NCBI GenBank assembly: GCA_021773235.1 | Contig: JAJFKL010000045.1 | Location: 12,150-76,149 of the forward strand | Direction of reading: 5' to 3' | Length of the DNA stretch: 64,000 bases | Source: Gammaproteobacteria bacterium | GTDB taxonomy: Bacteria; Pseudomonadota; Gammaproteobacteria; Eutrophobiales; Eutrophobiaceae | Part shown: one piece after another, positions 44,737 to 56,400 of the stretch | Layout of the letters: each line of letters opens with the position of its first letter | Position numbering within the stretch: position 1 is the stretch's first letter | Program-made: the position numbers and the translations under genes | Notes under the pieces: generated by a model | Told to the model about the DNA's origin: nothing | Databases searched by the model: none | Seen by the model: only the letters and a program-made list of their open reading frames with translations

Positions 44737-45234
44737 TCATTCTGAATCTTTTTGCAAAAGCTCTATTAAACCTTGTATTGCTAATAGACAAGACTGTTCT
44801 CTGACCTTTAAACGGCCACCCTCAAATCGAATTCGTGTCGTTGTTCCTCCATTCCCTCGCTTGTACCAGCCCAAGCATACTGTGCCGACAGGTTTGTCTT
44901 TTGTTCCACCGTCTGGACCGGCTACCCCAGTTATCGCTACGCTATAATCTGCACGACTATTTTCGACGGCACCTCTGGCCATAGCGCTTGCTGCTTCTTC
45001 ACTGACGGCACCATATTGTTGAAGCGTATCGAACGGGACAGCTAACATTTCTTGCTTGGCTTCATTGGAATAAGTCACAAAGCCTCGTTCAAACCAGGCA
45101 GAACTACCCGGTATACGTGTCAAAATTTCAGCGAGTCCGCCGCCAGTGCATGATTCAGCTGTCGTTAACTTGCTTGAAGTTTTTAAAAACAGTTCCGCAA
45201 GTTGTTCAGCTTGTCGTGTTGCTACATCACTCAT
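44737..45234 (-). CDS. CinA-family protein / NMN amidohydrolase PncC-like
   Basis: 165 aa. TAESCTGGGLA motif and GVAGPDGG. Confidence 0.85.
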   Translation of the reverse strand: MSDVATRQAEQLAELFLKTSSKLTTAESCTGGGLAEILTRIPGSSAWFERGFVTYSNEAKQEMLAVPFDTLQQYGAVSEEAASAMARGAVENSRADYSVAITGVAGPDGGTKDKPVGTVCLGWYKRGNGGTTTRIRFEGGRLKVREQSCLLAIQGLIELLQKDSE

Positions 45235-45692
45235 GATGACTTACTTCTTTTGTCTTTAAAGAATGTCTGTATTAATGAACGACACTCATCTTCCATTATG
45301 CCTTTGTCTATTTCAACCTTGTGATTTAATTCTTCTGCTTGTAGTAGGTTAAAGATGCTGCCACACGCGCCTGTTTTAGGATCTGTAACTGCGAAAATTA
45401 TTTTGGAAAGTCTTGCATGAATAATAGCACCTGCACACATGGCGCAAGGCTCGAGCGTGACATACATCGTTGAATTAGGTAGCCGATAGTTGCCAACATT
45501 ATTACCAGCATCACGTAACGCTATCATTTCAGCATGTGCTGTGGGGTCGTTACTTGAGATAGGTTGATTCCAACCTTCGCCAATAATTTTATCTTCATGA
45601 ACAATGACTGCGCCAACAGGGACTTCATCATGCGCTCTCGCTTTTTGCGCTAATTCTAAAGCACGCTGCATCCATTTGACATCATTGTTCAT
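45231..45692 (-). CDS. tadA: tRNA adenosine(34) deaminase
   Basis: 153 aa. HAEMIAL and PCAMCAGA zinc motifs. Confidence 0.9.
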   Translation of the reverse strand: MNNDVKWMQRALELAQKARAHDEVPVGAVIVHEDKIIGEGWNQPISSNDPTAHAEMIALRDAGNNVGNYRLPNSTMYVTLEPCAMCAGAIIHARLSKIIFAVTDPKTGACGSIFNLLQAEELNHKVEIDKGIMEDECRSLIQTFFKDKRSKSS

Positions 45693-45697
45693 AATAA

Positions 45698-46351
45698 TTA
45701 GCTTTCTTCATACAAGCTTAATCCATTCGCGTTTTCTTCTGCTTCGTTAGTATTTGCCTTACTCTTTTTTCTTACAGGGTTAATCGTTGATTGGACAACC
45801 CACTCTTCATTAAACAACCCCGGTTTTGTTACTACTGTTATATACCTTCCTTTTTTAATTCTACTCAATTCTCGGTATTCATCCTTATTTAATCTCAGCT
45901 GGATGAACTCAGGCGTCTTCCGCCAGTGTTTAATTTTTGCCTGATAAGAATATTTATCACCAAAGCCCTTGTTGCCATAAAGATATTTTTTAAACGCATC
46001 TTCTACTTTAACGTCAAAGGTTTCTTCATCTTGTTGATCAAATGCACCGTTAATTATATAGCCTGCACTAAATAGAAAATAAGGGGTAGCAATAAAATTA
46101 ATGACAAGCCAGCTTGTAACATCGACAGCCCGGTAAGATTTTAGAAATTTACTTTTAATACCTTTTAAGATCAGAATAAACCCAATAATTACTGTTAAGA
46201 TGGTTACTGATAATGAAATGATATTCTCATCAACGATTCTATAATTTTCTGTAGAATAGACTAAGAAAAAAGAGCCTATGACAAAAGCAGCAATAGCAGA
46301 AATTTTTAAAAGTACAATCTTCGTATCTATATCTTTATTTTTATCGACCAT
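45698..46351 (-). CDS. Hypothetical membrane protein
   Basis: 217 aa. Three to four N-terminal TM helices, then a soluble Lys-rich domain. No recognisable motif. Confidence 0.5.
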   Translation of the reverse strand: MVDKNKDIDTKIVLLKISAIAAFVIGSFFLVYSTENYRIVDENIISLSVTILTVIIGFILILKGIKSKFLKSYRAVDVTSWLVINFIATPYFLFSAGYIINGAFDQQDEETFDVKVEDAFKKYLYGNKGFGDKYSYQAKIKHWRKTPEFIQLRLNKDEYRELSRIKKGRYITVVTKPGLFNEEWVVQSTINPVRKKSKANTNEAEENANGLSLYEES

Positions 46352-46375
46352 AGATAATTCATATAACGCTAAATT

Positions 46376-46457
46376 TTATTCCCACTAGATCGTGGCTGTG
46401 GGTTTCCCTGATAGGTCATAGCTTACGCGCGAGATGCTATCGATTTTATTAATGATC
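46376..46457 (-). pseudogene. Decayed duplicate of the guaA 3' end
   Basis: Ungapped hand alignment with 47199..47280 gives 61/82 identities. It translates as IINKIDSISRVSYDLSGKPTATI*WE*, against the GuaA C-terminus [26 protein letters not shown]. Confidence 0.8.
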
Positions 46458-47150
46458 TTGTATCCATTCTCTAGCTAGTTTCTGGGCTGTTTCAATTTCG
46501 GACAGTGTCATTTTCTTTGAAATATAATTTATGTATGTTACTGATATCTCATTTCCATTTTCTAATGCAATATCAAACCATTTAAGTGCCTCTATATAAT
46601 CATGGGGGACACCATGTCCGCTCTTATACATCTCGCCAAGATTGAACTGTGCTTTTACATCACCCTGCTCTGCTGAGGCGTTGAACCAGTGTAGTGCTTG
46701 CTTATAATCACGAGGGGTTCCTTGTCCATTCTTATACATATTACCTAGGTTAACTTGTGCCTCAACAAGTCCCTGCTCAGCAGCACTTCTGTACCAGTTA
46801 AATGCTTGTTCATAATTCTCTTTAACACTACCTTTATCACGGTACTGTCCATTTATATACATAATGCCAATATTGTATTTTGCCTCGGCAACACCCTGCT
46901 CTGCTGCTTTCTTGTACCAATAAAATGCTCTCTTATAGTCTTGAGATACGCCTACTCCTGCATCGTACATCATGGCAAGACTGAACTGTGCTGCTACCTC
47001 ACCTTCTTCTGATAATTTTTCATATAATGAAAATGCAGTGGAATAATCATGAAGCATGAATGCTTCGTCAGCATCTAAAAGCTCATTCGAATAAATAGAT
47101 AATGAGTTTAGTAGCAGAATGAATAAAATTATTTTTTTAAATTTCTTCAT
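46449..47150 (-). CDS. Secreted Sel1-like (TPR-type) repeat protein
   Basis: 233 aa. Signal peptide and about five repeats of the type A.....G..GV.QDY..A..WY.KAAEQG. Confidence 0.85.
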   Translation of the reverse strand: MKKFKKIILFILLLNSLSIYSNELLDADEAFMLHDYSTAFSLYEKLSEEGEVAAQFSLAMMYDAGVGVSQDYKRAFYWYKKAAEQGVAEAKYNIGIMYINGQYRDKGSVKENYEQAFNWYRSAAEQGLVEAQVNLGNMYKNGQGTPRDYKQALHWFNASAEQGDVKAQFNLGEMYKSGHGVPHDYIEALKWFDIALENGNEISVTYINYISKKMTLSEIETAQKLAREWIQDH

Positions 47151-47198
47151 GATTTTTATTTTCTTTGATCACGAATATATGAAGAGAACTAAAAAATA

Positions 47199-48773
47199 CT
47201 ATTCCCACTCAATCGTGGCTGGAGGCTTACCTGAAATATCATAAGTTACACGCGAGATACCTTCGACTTCATTGATAATTCGATTAGAAACATGTCCGAG
47301 AAAATCGTAGGGTAAATGTGCCCAATGTGCGGTCATGAAATCTACGGTTACAACAGCACGTAGTGAAACGACGTAATCATATTTACGCGCATCGCCCATT
47401 ACACCGACAGACTTAACCGGAAGGAAAACGGTAAAGGCTTGGCTCACTTCGTCGTATAAATTATTCGCACGAAGTTCTTCAATGAAGATATTGTCTGCAA
47501 GGCGAAGTAGATCCGCATATTCCTTTTTAACTTCTCCTAAGATCCTTACACCTAAACCAGGTCCAGGAAACGGATGCCGATAAACCATTTCTTTTGGTAA
47601 ACCAAGCTGCACGCCTAAGCGTCTTACTTCATCTTTGAAGAGTTCGCGTAAAGGTTCAACTAATTCCATCTTCATGGTGTCGGGCAACCCACCCACATTG
47701 TGATGTGATTTAATCACATGTGCCTTACCGCTCTTGGCGCCGGCAGATTCGATCACATCAGGATAGATTGTACCTTGCGCCAACCACTTCATGTCGTCGA
47801 AATCGTTTGAATGCTCTTCAAAGATTTTGATGAATTCACCACCGATAATCTTACGTTTAACTTCCGGGTCTTCAACACCACTAAGTCCATCGAGAAAACG
47901 TTGTTCGGCATCTACCCGAATGACATTAATACCCATATGTTCGGCGAAGGTTTCCATCACTTGGTCACCCTCATTCAAGCGCAATAAACCGTTATCAACA
48001 AAGACACAGGTTAATTGATCGCCAATCGCTTCGTGTAATAGTGCGGCGACAACTGAAGAATCAACGCCGCCCGATAATGCTAACAAGACTTTATCATTAC
48101 CGACCTGCTCTTTAACGCGTGCTATACCGTCTTCGACAATGTTCTCTGTCGTCCAAAGTGAATGACATCCAGCGACTTCATGTAGGAATCGTTGCAGGAT
48201 TGCCTGTCCTTGGGTGGTATGTGTTACTTCTGGATGAAATTGTAGTCCGTAAAACTTTCTCGACTCATCCGCAATACCGGCAATGGGCGCGTTATCAGTA
48301 GAGGCAATCACTTTGAAACCTTCCGGTATTGCGTCAACGCGATCGCCATGACTCATCCAAACATCTAATAAACCATGTCCTTCATCATTGACTTCATCTT
48401 GTATGTCTTTCAATAGGTTTGAATGTCCACGTGCTCTGATTTGCGCATATCCAAATTCGCGCAACTCGGAATTAGCCACCTTTCCACCCAGTTGTTCAGC
48501 CATCGTCTGCATCCCATAACAGATTCCAAGTATGGGTATGCCCATATCGAAAACTATCTCTGGTGCCCTGACCTTGTTCAGCGCTGTAACTGACTCTGGT
48601 CCACCGGATAAAATAATGGCGTTAGGTTTGAAATCTTTTATTGCCTGTTCATCCATATCAAAGGCATGGATTTCACTATAAACGCTCGCTTCACGAACGC
48701 GTCTGGCTATGAGTTGTGTGTATTGCGATCCAAAATCCAGGATCAGGATACGTTCGGAATGTATATCAGTCAT
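47199..48773 (-). CDS. guaA: GMP synthase (glutamine-hydrolysing)
   Basis: 524 aa. GATase domain (GICYGMQ), the SGGVDSS PP-loop, and C-terminal ...PPATIEWE. Confidence 0.97.
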   Translation of the reverse strand: MTDIHSERILILDFGSQYTQLIARRVREASVYSEIHAFDMDEQAIKDFKPNAIILSGGPESVTALNKVRAPEIVFDMGIPILGICYGMQTMAEQLGGKVANSELREFGYAQIRARGHSNLLKDIQDEVNDEGHGLLDVWMSHGDRVDAIPEGFKVIASTDNAPIAGIADESRKFYGLQFHPEVTHTTQGQAILQRFLHEVAGCHSLWTTENIVEDGIARVKEQVGNDKVLLALSGGVDSSVVAALLHEAIGDQLTCVFVDNGLLRLNEGDQVMETFAEHMGINVIRVDAEQRFLDGLSGVEDPEVKRKIIGGEFIKIFEEHSNDFDDMKWLAQGTIYPDVIESAGAKSGKAHVIKSHHNVGGLPDTMKMELVEPLRELFKDEVRRLGVQLGLPKEMVYRHPFPGPGLGVRILGEVKKEYADLLRLADNIFIEELRANNLYDEVSQAFTVFLPVKSVGVMGDARKYDYVVSLRAVVTVDFMTAHWAHLPYDFLGHVSNRIINEVEGISRVTYDISGKPPATIEWE

Positions 48774-48800
48774 TCTGGGTATTTACTTGTGGTTTGAGTA

Positions 48801-50261
48801 TTAAACTCTGTAGTTTGGTGGTTCTTTTGTGATCGTCACATCATGCACATGGCTTTCTTTATAACCCGCATTACTGATACGAGTGAACTTGGCCTTTTCC
48901 CGCATCTCTTTCAGAGATGAACATCCTGTGTAACCCATAGCGGCACGGATACCACCCGTCATTTGGTGGATTATAGCGGCCAGCGGACCTTTATAAGGAA
49001 CTCGTCCTTCGATACCTTCTGGTACCAATTTTTCAATTTCATCATTCTCCTGAAAATAACGATCAGATGAACCATGTTGTTGCGACATTGCACCTAATGA
49101 TCCCATACCTCGATAAGATTTATAGGAACGCCCCTGATAAAGCTCAACTTCACCCGGTGCTTCCTCGGTACCTGCAAACATACCACCCATCATCGTGCTA
49201 TGTGCACCGGCAGCGAGAGCTTTGGCGATATCACCTGAATAACGAATACCGCCATCAGAAATCAGTGGTACTCCTTTGCTTTTTAGCGCTTCCGCAATAT
49301 TTGCCACCGCAGAGATCTGAGGCATGCCTACACCGCTCACTACACGCGTTGTACATATTGAGCCTGGCCCAATACCAACCTTAACCGCATCTGCGCCAGC
49401 ATCAACTAGCGCAAGTGCTGCATCAGCAGTCGCAATATTGCCGCCGATAACCTGAGTATCTTTGAAGTTTTTCTTTACCCACTTGACCATGTCCAACACA
49501 CCTTTGGAATGTCCATGTGCTGTATCGACCACAATAACGTCAACACGTGATTCTACAAGTTGTTCAACACGTAGCTGTGAAGATTCACCGACACCTACAG
49601 CAGCACCTACACGCAAGCGCTCAGAGGTATCAATACAGGCACTAGGGAAATCTGATGCCTTTTGCATATCTTTTACTGTTATTAAGCCTGCGAGTTGAAA
49701 TTGATCATTAACAACTAGGACTTTTTCAATTCGGTGTTTATGCAAGAGAGCACGGACTTCTTCCTTTGTCGCATTTTCTCGGACTGTTACAAGGTCATCC
49801 TTACGCGTCATAATATTGCGCACAGGATCATCCGTTTTCTTTTCAAAACGTAAATCCCTACTGGTAACAATACCCACCAGCTCATCACCATCGACAACCG
49901 GCACGCCAGAGATATTTTTTTCACGCGTTAATTCGATAACTTCCTGGATACTGGTATGAGGTCCAACGGTTAATGGCTCTTTGATAACTCCACTTTCATA
50001 TTTTTTCACTCGCCTTACATTCTTGGCCTGTAATTCGGGACTCATATTCTTATGGATTATGCCGATACCACCTTCCTGAGCTAACGCTATTGCCAGGCCC
50101 GATTCAGTCACCGTATCCATGGCAGCGGACACAATAGGCACGTTTAGAGTTATTTCTCGGGTTAGCAGGGTTTGTAATGAGACTTCGCGCGGTAAGACCT
50201 CAGAATAATCTGGTATTAGTAAAACATCATCAAAGGTAAGCGCTTCTTCAGCAATAATCAT
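48801..50261 (-). CDS. guaB: IMP dehydrogenase
   Basis: [12 protein letters not shown]-terminus, CBS pair and the catalytic [11 protein letters not shown] loop. Trimmed to the ATG at 50261. Confidence 0.97.
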   Translation of the reverse strand: MIIAEEALTFDDVLLIPDYSEVLPREVSLQTLLTREITLNVPIVSAAMDTVTESGLAIALAQEGGIGIIHKNMSPELQAKNVRRVKKYESGVIKEPLTVGPHTSIQEVIELTREKNISGVPVVDGDELVGIVTSRDLRFEKKTDDPVRNIMTRKDDLVTVRENATKEEVRALLHKHRIEKVLVVNDQFQLAGLITVKDMQKASDFPSACIDTSERLRVGAAVGVGESSQLRVEQLVESRVDVIVVDTAHGHSKGVLDMVKWVKKNFKDTQVIGGNIATADAALALVDAGADAVKVGIGPGSICTTRVVSGVGMPQISAVANIAEALKSKGVPLISDGGIRYSGDIAKALAAGAHSTMMGGMFAGTEEAPGEVELYQGRSYKSYRGMGSLGAMSQQHGSSDRYFQENDEIEKLVPEGIEGRVPYKGPLAAIIHQMTGGIRAAMGYTGCSSLKEMREKAKFTRISNAGYKESHVHDVTITKEPPNYRV

Positions 50262-50384
50262 GAGATTTCCATATGTTGGCAAATAAATGTAAAAATAAAA
50301 TAACCGTGAATTATAGCCCCAACTCGTTCTACGGCAACCGTCTTCTGCTTTGTTTCAGTATTCTTTTCGCTTAACATAAATATC

Positions 50385-51743
50385 ATGACACCAATCAAGA
50401 GCAAATCACCCGATCCAAACGACATTTACACGATTAGTCGCCTAAACCGCGAAGTTCGCAGAGTTCTCGAAGATGTATTTCCGGCGATCTGGGTGCAAGG
50501 TGAAATGTCTAACCTCGCCAAACCGGCATCTGGCCATCTTTATTTCACTTTAAAAGACAATAACGCCCAAGTCAGGTGTGCTATGTTCAAGAATCGTCAA
50601 TCTGGTCTACGTTTCGATCCTGAAAATGGTATGCAAGTGATGGCTCGAGCCAATATCGGACTTTATGAAGGTCGCGGGGAATACCAGCTCATCATCGAAT
50701 CATTAGAGCCCGCCGGGGCTGGTGCATTACAAATTGCCTTTGAAGCATTAAAGCAGAAGCTTTCTTCAGAAGGTTTATTTGCGGAAGAACACAAAAAGCC
50801 ACTCCCTCTATTCCCAGAAACTATTGGCATTATCACCTCGGCAACCGGCGCAGCCGTTCAAGACATCCTGAGCATTCTTAAACGTCGATACCCGTACGGC
50901 AAGGTGATTATTTATCCAGTTCCTGTACAGGGTGAAGGTGCGGCGATAAAAATAGTTAATGCGATCAAACTTGCTGAGCAACGAAAGGAATGCGATGTAT
51001 TAGTCCTTTCGCGTGGAGGCGGGTCTCTGGAAGATCTATGGTCATTCAATGAAGAAATTGTCGCGCGCGCTATTTATGATACTGTCACACCCATCGTCAG
51101 CGGCGTTGGCCATGAAATTGATTTCACCATAGCTGACTTTGTCGCTGACCAAAGAGCACCCACTCCCTCAGCTGCGGCGGAACTCGTCAGCCCAGATGAA
51201 AACGAGACTGTTGCAAAGTTGAAGCAACATGAAGAACAACTGACCCGTTATCAAAAACAGACTATTCACAATCTCCGTCGTCATGTTGAATTGCTATCGG
51301 TACAAGTACCTCATCCGAGGCAACGCCTAATAGAATTAATGCAACGGACTGATGAATATTCTATGCGACTCAGATATAAAATTGAAAATGAGCTATCAAA
51401 TAAAAAAATAATGCTTTCTTCATGGGTAAACAAAATAAGCGAATTAAATCCTGTACACCAGGTTTCTCAACAGCTAGAAAAAGTAAAACATATACATTCT
51501 CAACTTGAGCAGTCAATAAAATTAATTATTGATAGATCTAATAACGATATTTCAAGACTGAACCATATGTTGAATACTGTCAGTCCTATTTCTACATTAG
51601 AACGGGGTTATGCCATCGTCACGGATAGCAAAACAAATACGATTGTTACTGATGGTAAGAATCTAAATGCTGGGGATCAACTTCGAATCAGGTTGTCGGC
51701 AGCTGAAATTGATTCGACTATAGATAAGATCCATGAAGATTAA
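50385..51743 (+). CDS. xseA: Exodeoxyribonuclease VII large subunit
   Basis: 452 aa. N-terminal OB fold (VWVQGEMSN) and RGGGS motif. Divergent from guaBA, as in enterobacteria. Confidence 0.95.
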   Translation: MTPIKSKSPDPNDIYTISRLNREVRRVLEDVFPAIWVQGEMSNLAKPASGHLYFTLKDNNAQVRCAMFKNRQSGLRFDPENGMQVMARANIGLYEGRGEYQLIIESLEPAGAGALQIAFEALKQKLSSEGLFAEEHKKPLPLFPETIGIITSATGAAVQDILSILKRRYPYGKVIIYPVPVQGEGAAIKIVNAIKLAEQRKECDVLVLSRGGGSLEDLWSFNEEIVARAIYDTVTPIVSGVGHEIDFTIADFVADQRAPTPSAAAELVSPDENETVAKLKQHEEQLTRYQKQTIHNLRRHVELLSVQVPHPRQRLIELMQRTDEYSMRLRYKIENELSNKKIMLSSWVNKISELNPVHQVSQQLEKVKHIHSQLEQSIKLIIDRSNNDISRLNHMLNTVSPISTLERGYAIVTDSKTNTIVTDGKNLNAGDQLRIRLSAAEIDSTIDKIHED

Positions 51744-52548
51744 ATTTGTTTTATTGATATTCTCGATTTATGTGTCAGCTGTTACTGCGTTAGAACTTCC
51801 TACAGAATCTGCCGTTCCCGGCGGCATTGCTATCATATCGATTCATACACTAGAAAAACCAGAGGCATATTTTCATGATCATAGAGTTATGGTTGTTGGC
51901 TCAAGCGATAATTGGAAAGCCATCGTAGGCATACCCCTCACTGAAAAGGCTGGCATACAGACACTGATTGTAAAAAATAATGATCTTGCAACAAAATATA
52001 AATTTGAAATAGAAAATAAAGAGTATGAGACACAACACCTCACCATCAAGAACAAACGTAAAGTAAACCCAAACGAGCAGGATATGTCTCGCATAGTTTC
52101 AGAAAAAGAAATTATCTCAGAGGCCAAATCACATTGGCGTGATAACGAAGATGTATCTCTACATTTTATTAAACCAACAAAAGGTCCATATAGTAGTCCA
52201 TTTGGCTTAAAACGTTTTTTTAATAAACAACCAAGAAAACCGCATAGCGGTTTAGATATCGCTGCTCCGAAAGGAACACCCATTAACGCACCAGCTGATG
52301 GTATTGTAATTAATACAGGTGATTACTTTTTTAATGGTAATACTGTATTTATAGATCATGGCCAAGGGTTGATTACCATGTATTGTCATATGAACCATAT
52401 TGATATTAAAGAAGGCACATTGGTAAAAACCGGTGATATAATTGGCGAAGTAGGCCTAACCGGACGGGTGACCGGCGCGCATTTACACTGGAGTGTAATT
52501 TTAAATAATACTACTGTTGATCCATTATTGTTTTTGGTAAAGGAATAA
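51733..52548 (+). CDS. M23-family metallopeptidase
   Basis: 271 aa. Signal peptide; [14 protein letters not shown] and GAHLHW motifs. Confidence 0.85.
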   Translation: MKIKFVLLIFSIYVSAVTALELPTESAVPGGIAIISIHTLEKPEAYFHDHRVMVVGSSDNWKAIVGIPLTEKAGIQTLIVKNNDLATKYKFEIENKEYETQHLTIKNKRKVNPNEQDMSRIVSEKEIISEAKSHWRDNEDVSLHFIKPTKGPYSSPFGLKRFFNKQPRKPHSGLDIAAPKGTPINAPADGIVINTGDYFFNGNTVFIDHGQGLITMYCHMNHIDIKEGTLVKTGDIIGEVGLTGRVTGAHLHWSVILNNTTVDPLLFLVKE

Positions 52549-52555
52549 CAACAAA

Positions 52556-53311
52556 CTAATATCTGAGTTTATACCATACTATTCCAATATATTCGCGCAA
52601 TGCAATGCGAACATTAAACAGCGCAGAAGCATTAGGTAAATAATAGTCCCAGGATGTATTAGTCATATTAGAAGCAAACATAGTCGGTGCTGGCGTCACC
52701 TCAAGCCCCTGTTTCTCAAACATCTTAACTGCACGTAGCATATGCCATGCATGAGTAACAAGATAAATTTTTTCAATCCCATTTTCTTTTAATAGCGCAG
52801 CAGAATATATTGCATTTTCAGCAGTATTTCGTGATTTACCTTCTTGCCAAGTTACGGATGCATTGAAACTATTTTTTAATGTATCTGCCATAACTGAAGC
52901 TTCAGACATATCACTAGACACAACATAGCCACCAGAAACAAGAATAGGGAGTCCCGTCTCTCTATGTATAAAAGCAGCATAATGATCACGTTCTAATGCT
53001 GCTGTACCATCAATCGCCTTACCATACTCTTTTGCATAGGGATAACTACCAGCAGAAAGCACAACAATTGCCTGTTCCTTGTTAACTACAACAGGAGGCA
53101 CAAGCGGAGGATATTTTTCCAGGCTCTTTAGCAACGCATGAGAAAATGGGAGCCAACAAAATAAAACTAGTGACAAGGCACCGGCAAACAATAAAACACG
53201 AGCACAATATTTATATTTATTTAATAGCAATAGTCCGATTGCAATAACAACGAAGTTTAACGCAGGAGGAAGTATAATCGCTTTAATTAAAGCAACAACC
53301 GAAAAGCTCAT
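52556..53311 (-). CDS. YdcF/ElyC-family (DUF218) protein
   Basis: 251 aa. N-terminal TM helices, then a DUF218-like domain (VVLSAG...SRNTAENA...LVTHAWHMLRA). Confidence 0.8.
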   Translation of the reverse strand: MSFSVVALIKAIILPPALNFVVIAIGLLLLNKYKYCARVLLFAGALSLVLFCWLPFSHALLKSLEKYPPLVPPVVVNKEQAIVVLSAGSYPYAKEYGKAIDGTAALERDHYAAFIHRETGLPILVSGGYVVSSDMSEASVMADTLKNSFNASVTWQEGKSRNTAENAIYSAALLKENGIEKIYLVTHAWHMLRAVKMFEKQGLEVTPAPTMFASNMTNTSWDYYLPNASALFNVRIALREYIGIVWYKLRY

Positions 53312-53325
53312 GACCTAGTCAACTT

Positions 53326-54285
53326 TTAAATTGACTCGCCCGAAGCTTGCAAATCCGCATGATAAGAAGACCTTACCATCGGCGCACTAGCCACGTTGTT
53401 AAAACCTAAGCTTTCTGCAAATTGCCGTAGCTCTTCAAATTCATCAGGATGCACATAGCGTTCTACTGGCAAGTGATATCGACTTGGTTGTAGATATTGC
53501 CCGATGGTAACCATATTACAATCATGATCTTTTAAATCATTTAAGACTTGTTTAACCTCATCGATTGATTCCCCTAGGCCTAACATTAGCCCAGATTTAG
53601 CCGGGACTGCCTCATTTTTCTGTTTAAATTTTTTAATCAATTCTAATGATGCTAAATAGTCCGCACCTGGTCTAACTTTTGTATATAAAGCGGGCACTGA
53701 TTCAAGATTGTGATTAAACACATCTGGCGGCGCTTTCTTTAATATATCTAGTGCAATATCAATCTTGGAACGAAAATCGGGCACCAATATTTCAATTTTT
53801 GTTTCTGGAGATTCTGCTCTGATCTCATTGATGCAATCCACAAAATGACCAGCGCCACGGTCTAAAAGGTCATCCCTATCCACAGAAGTAATTACAACGT
53901 ACTTCAATTGCATTATTTTAATCGCATGAGCCAGATTAGTTGGCTCTTCAGGATCAAGACCTTTGGGTTTACCATGCGCGACATCACAAAATGGACAACG
54001 ACGAGTACAAATATCACCCATTATCATAAAAGTCGCAGTGCCGTGGCCAAAGCATTCACCAATATTAGGGCACGATGCTTCTTCACAAACAGTATGTAAT
54101 TTATGTTTGCGTATCAAAGATTTTAAATCTAATACTTTTTTATCTGTAGGTGCCTTGGCTTTTATCCAATCGGGTTTTCTTTCCCGCTTGCCTTCTACCG
54201 GTATAATCTTAACTGGATTTTTATTGGTCTTTAGCTTGCCACGTTTATCGCGTTCTGGCTGTTTGTGAATATTATCTTGATACAT
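53326..54285 (-). CDS. lipA: Lipoyl synthase
   Basis: 319 aa. [12 protein letters not shown] and CTRRCPFC cluster motifs. Confidence 0.97.
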   Translation of the reverse strand: MYQDNIHKQPERDKRGKLKTNKNPVKIIPVEGKRERKPDWIKAKAPTDKKVLDLKSLIRKHKLHTVCEEASCPNIGECFGHGTATFMIMGDICTRRCPFCDVAHGKPKGLDPEEPTNLAHAIKIMQLKYVVITSVDRDDLLDRGAGHFVDCINEIRAESPETKIEILVPDFRSKIDIALDILKKAPPDVFNHNLESVPALYTKVRPGADYLASLELIKKFKQKNEAVPAKSGLMLGLGESIDEVKQVLNDLKDHDCNMVTIGQYLQPSRYHLPVERYVHPDEFEELRQFAESLGFNNVASAPMVRSSYHADLQASGESI

Positions 54286-54304
54286 TAATACGTCCTTTAG
54301 TTAC

Positions 54305-54940
54305 TTATGCCACATCTGACAAGACACCCGAAGATTGATCCATGTTTTTGATCAAATGTTGAGATAGCTTCCGCTTTACATCTGCAATAACAATATCTTT
54401 CTTATATTTTACTATCTGTGTACAAACCAGTCCTTCATAACCGCAAGGATTAATGCCTTCAAAAGGCTTTAGATCCATATCTATATTTAAGGACAAGCCA
54501 TGATAGGTGCCGCCCTTTTTTACTCGGACACCTAACGCAGCAATTTTTTCTCCATCGACATACACGCCGGGCGAACCTGATAATCGCTCAGCTTTTATTT
54601 CATAGTCACATAAACAATCGATGATTGATTTCTCAATCAATGAGACAAACTTCTTAATAGAATAAGAACGTTGTTTTATATCTATCAATAGGTACGCTAT
54701 TAATTGTCCTGGCCCATGATATGTTACCTGCCCCCCGCGATCTGTCTCTACAACTGGAATATTTGTTGTATTAAGTAAATGTTCTGTTTTACCAGCAAGC
54801 CCTAATGTATAGACCGGTGGGTGCTCGAGTAACCATATTTCATCATCGGTATCAGCATCACGTCGATCATTAAATTCACGCATGCGGTCATAAATTGCCA
54901 TGTATTCCTGCAGACCAAGATCTTTTATTTGGATGGTCAT
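54305..54940 (-). CDS. lipB: Octanoyltransferase
   Basis: 211 aa. RGGQVTYHGPGQ motif and catalytic Cys in NPCG. Confidence 0.95.
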   Translation of the reverse strand: MTIQIKDLGLQEYMAIYDRMREFNDRRDADTDDEIWLLEHPPVYTLGLAGKTEHLLNTTNIPVVETDRGGQVTYHGPGQLIAYLLIDIKQRSYSIKKFVSLIEKSIIDCLCDYEIKAERLSGSPGVYVDGEKIAALGVRVKKGGTYHGLSLNIDMDLKPFEGINPCGYEGLVCTQIVKYKKDIVIADVKRKLSQHLIKNMDQSSGVLSDVA

Positions 54941-55209
54941 AAGGCCATCAACACCTTTTCATGCGCAGTAAGCTCCAAATAAATATTATCTAGTTGCTGC
55001 CTGCTCTCAGCTTCCACAGTAACTGTGATTGAAATGTATTTCCCTTCTTGGCTAAGACGACTTTTTATAGCGCCTTCAGTCAAATCAGGAACATGCTTTC
55101 TTACAATTTCAACAATCAGGATATCAAAGCCTTCTTCCGCCATTCCCATTGCTTTGATGGGAAACTGACAGGGAAATGCCATAATGCTATCTTCATCAGG
55201 CTCTTGCAT
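54937..55209 (-). CDS. ybeD: YbeD-family (DUF493) protein
   Basis: 90 aa. FPCQFPIKAMG motif. 4-nt overlap with lipB (conserved ybeD-lipB pair). Confidence 0.85.
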   Translation of the reverse strand: MQEPDEDSIMAFPCQFPIKAMGMAEEGFDILIVEIVRKHVPDLTEGAIKSRLSQEGKYISITVTVEAESRQQLDNIYLELTAHEKVLMAL

Positions 55210-55281
55210 AAGATTTTACTTTTGTTCAATATTTTCAGGAAAGATTAACATATTTTCTTTAAGCTTAATGATACTAAAAGG

Positions 55282-55789
55282 ATGATTCTAAAACACGATC
55301 AAACTCTAGCTGATCTTCGATCTATTAATGCTTCTAGCGGTAAATTAAGCTGGATCGGGATCAGACCTAAACACCAACAAGCGATGATCATGCCAAAAAA
55401 GGCTATATTATTGGAAAATAAAGGTATTGAGGGCGATCATATTGCTAAAGGCTCCAGTAGAAAGCGTCAAGTGACCCTCATTCAGGAAGAACACCTGCCG
55501 GTCGTCAGTAAATAGTAGTGCTGTAAACCCAGAATTCTTGCGGCGAAACCTCGTTATCGGGGGAATCAATTTATTGGCTCTTAAAAATGAGAAATTTTCG
55601 ATTGGGGAATGTGTTCTGAAAGGGACAGGTCTATGTCATCCTTGTTCACGTATGGAAGAAGCATTAGGAACCGGGGGATATAATGCCATGCGCGGACATG
55701 GTGGAATTACAGCTATCGTGATTCGTGGCGGTACAATCGCCTTAGGAGACAGTGTCACCTTATTAGCGGAACAAATCTCAGGTGATTAA
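55282..55789 (+). pseudogene. MOSC-domain protein split by a frameshift
   Basis: ORFs 55282..55515 and 55538..55789 are the two halves of one MOSC domain (…GDHIAKGSSRKRQVTLIQEEH / …LRRNLVIGGINL…GLCHPCSRME…). The second frame is open from 55475, so the shift lies at about 55500..55515. Confidence 0.7.
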
Positions 55790-55867
55790 ACTCAACTATT
55801 GATTGTAATTTTAATACATGCCCCAAACTATTCACTATAATAGAATTATCAACCTTTGGAGAAGAAT

Positions 55868-56242
55868 ATGGATATAAAAGAAAATGCCAAAAATGTAGAT
55901 GTTTGGACCCGTGGTCTATTTATACTTATTTATGGCGTCATATTTTATTTTCTTTTTGCATTGATTTGGCTCGTGGTTATTTTCCAATTTCTCACAAAAT
56001 TAATCACAACAGAATTGAATGAGCAATTACTCGACTTTAGTGATTCTTTAACTAAATATGTTAGCCAAATATTACTCTATATCACCTTCAAGTCCGAAGA
56101 ACGTCCATTTCCATTCAGCCCATGGCCTTCAGATGATGATGCCTTGAATACTAACTCTCTTAGTAGCAATAAAACCCGAAAGAAGAAAACAACAAAGAAA
56201 AAAGCAACGAAGAAAACGCCTAAAACCCCGGACGAGACATAA
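55868..56242 (+). CDS. Two-TM membrane protein with a Lys-rich tail (DUF4389-like by recollection)
   Basis: Trimmed to the ATG at 55868, which follows a GGAGAAG Shine-Dalgarno. WTRGLFILIYGVIFYFLFALIWLVVIFQF. C-terminal KTRKKKTTKKKATKKTPKTP. Confidence 0.5.
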   Translation: MDIKENAKNVDVWTRGLFILIYGVIFYFLFALIWLVVIFQFLTKLITTELNEQLLDFSDSLTKYVSQILLYITFKSEERPFPFSPWPSDDDALNTNSLSSNKTRKKKTTKKKATKKTPKTPDET

Positions 56243-56400
56243 CTCACGTTTATCTAACTATTATGTGATGCATTTCTCTATACAGTTAGTCTGTAAATTA
56301 AAACATGTGATAGAGATAACAAATGTAGTTGCTTATTATGTAATAGAATTAACATAGTTATGAAATATTTAATTTCGAATAATTAAGTCAAGGTCACGAA

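Noticed and set aside
55500-55540. Programmed frameshift or stop read-through in the MOSC gene.
   Set aside because: There is no slippery heptamer or downstream structure, and tandem TAG TAG stops are present. A simple indel or sequencing error is the simpler explanation.
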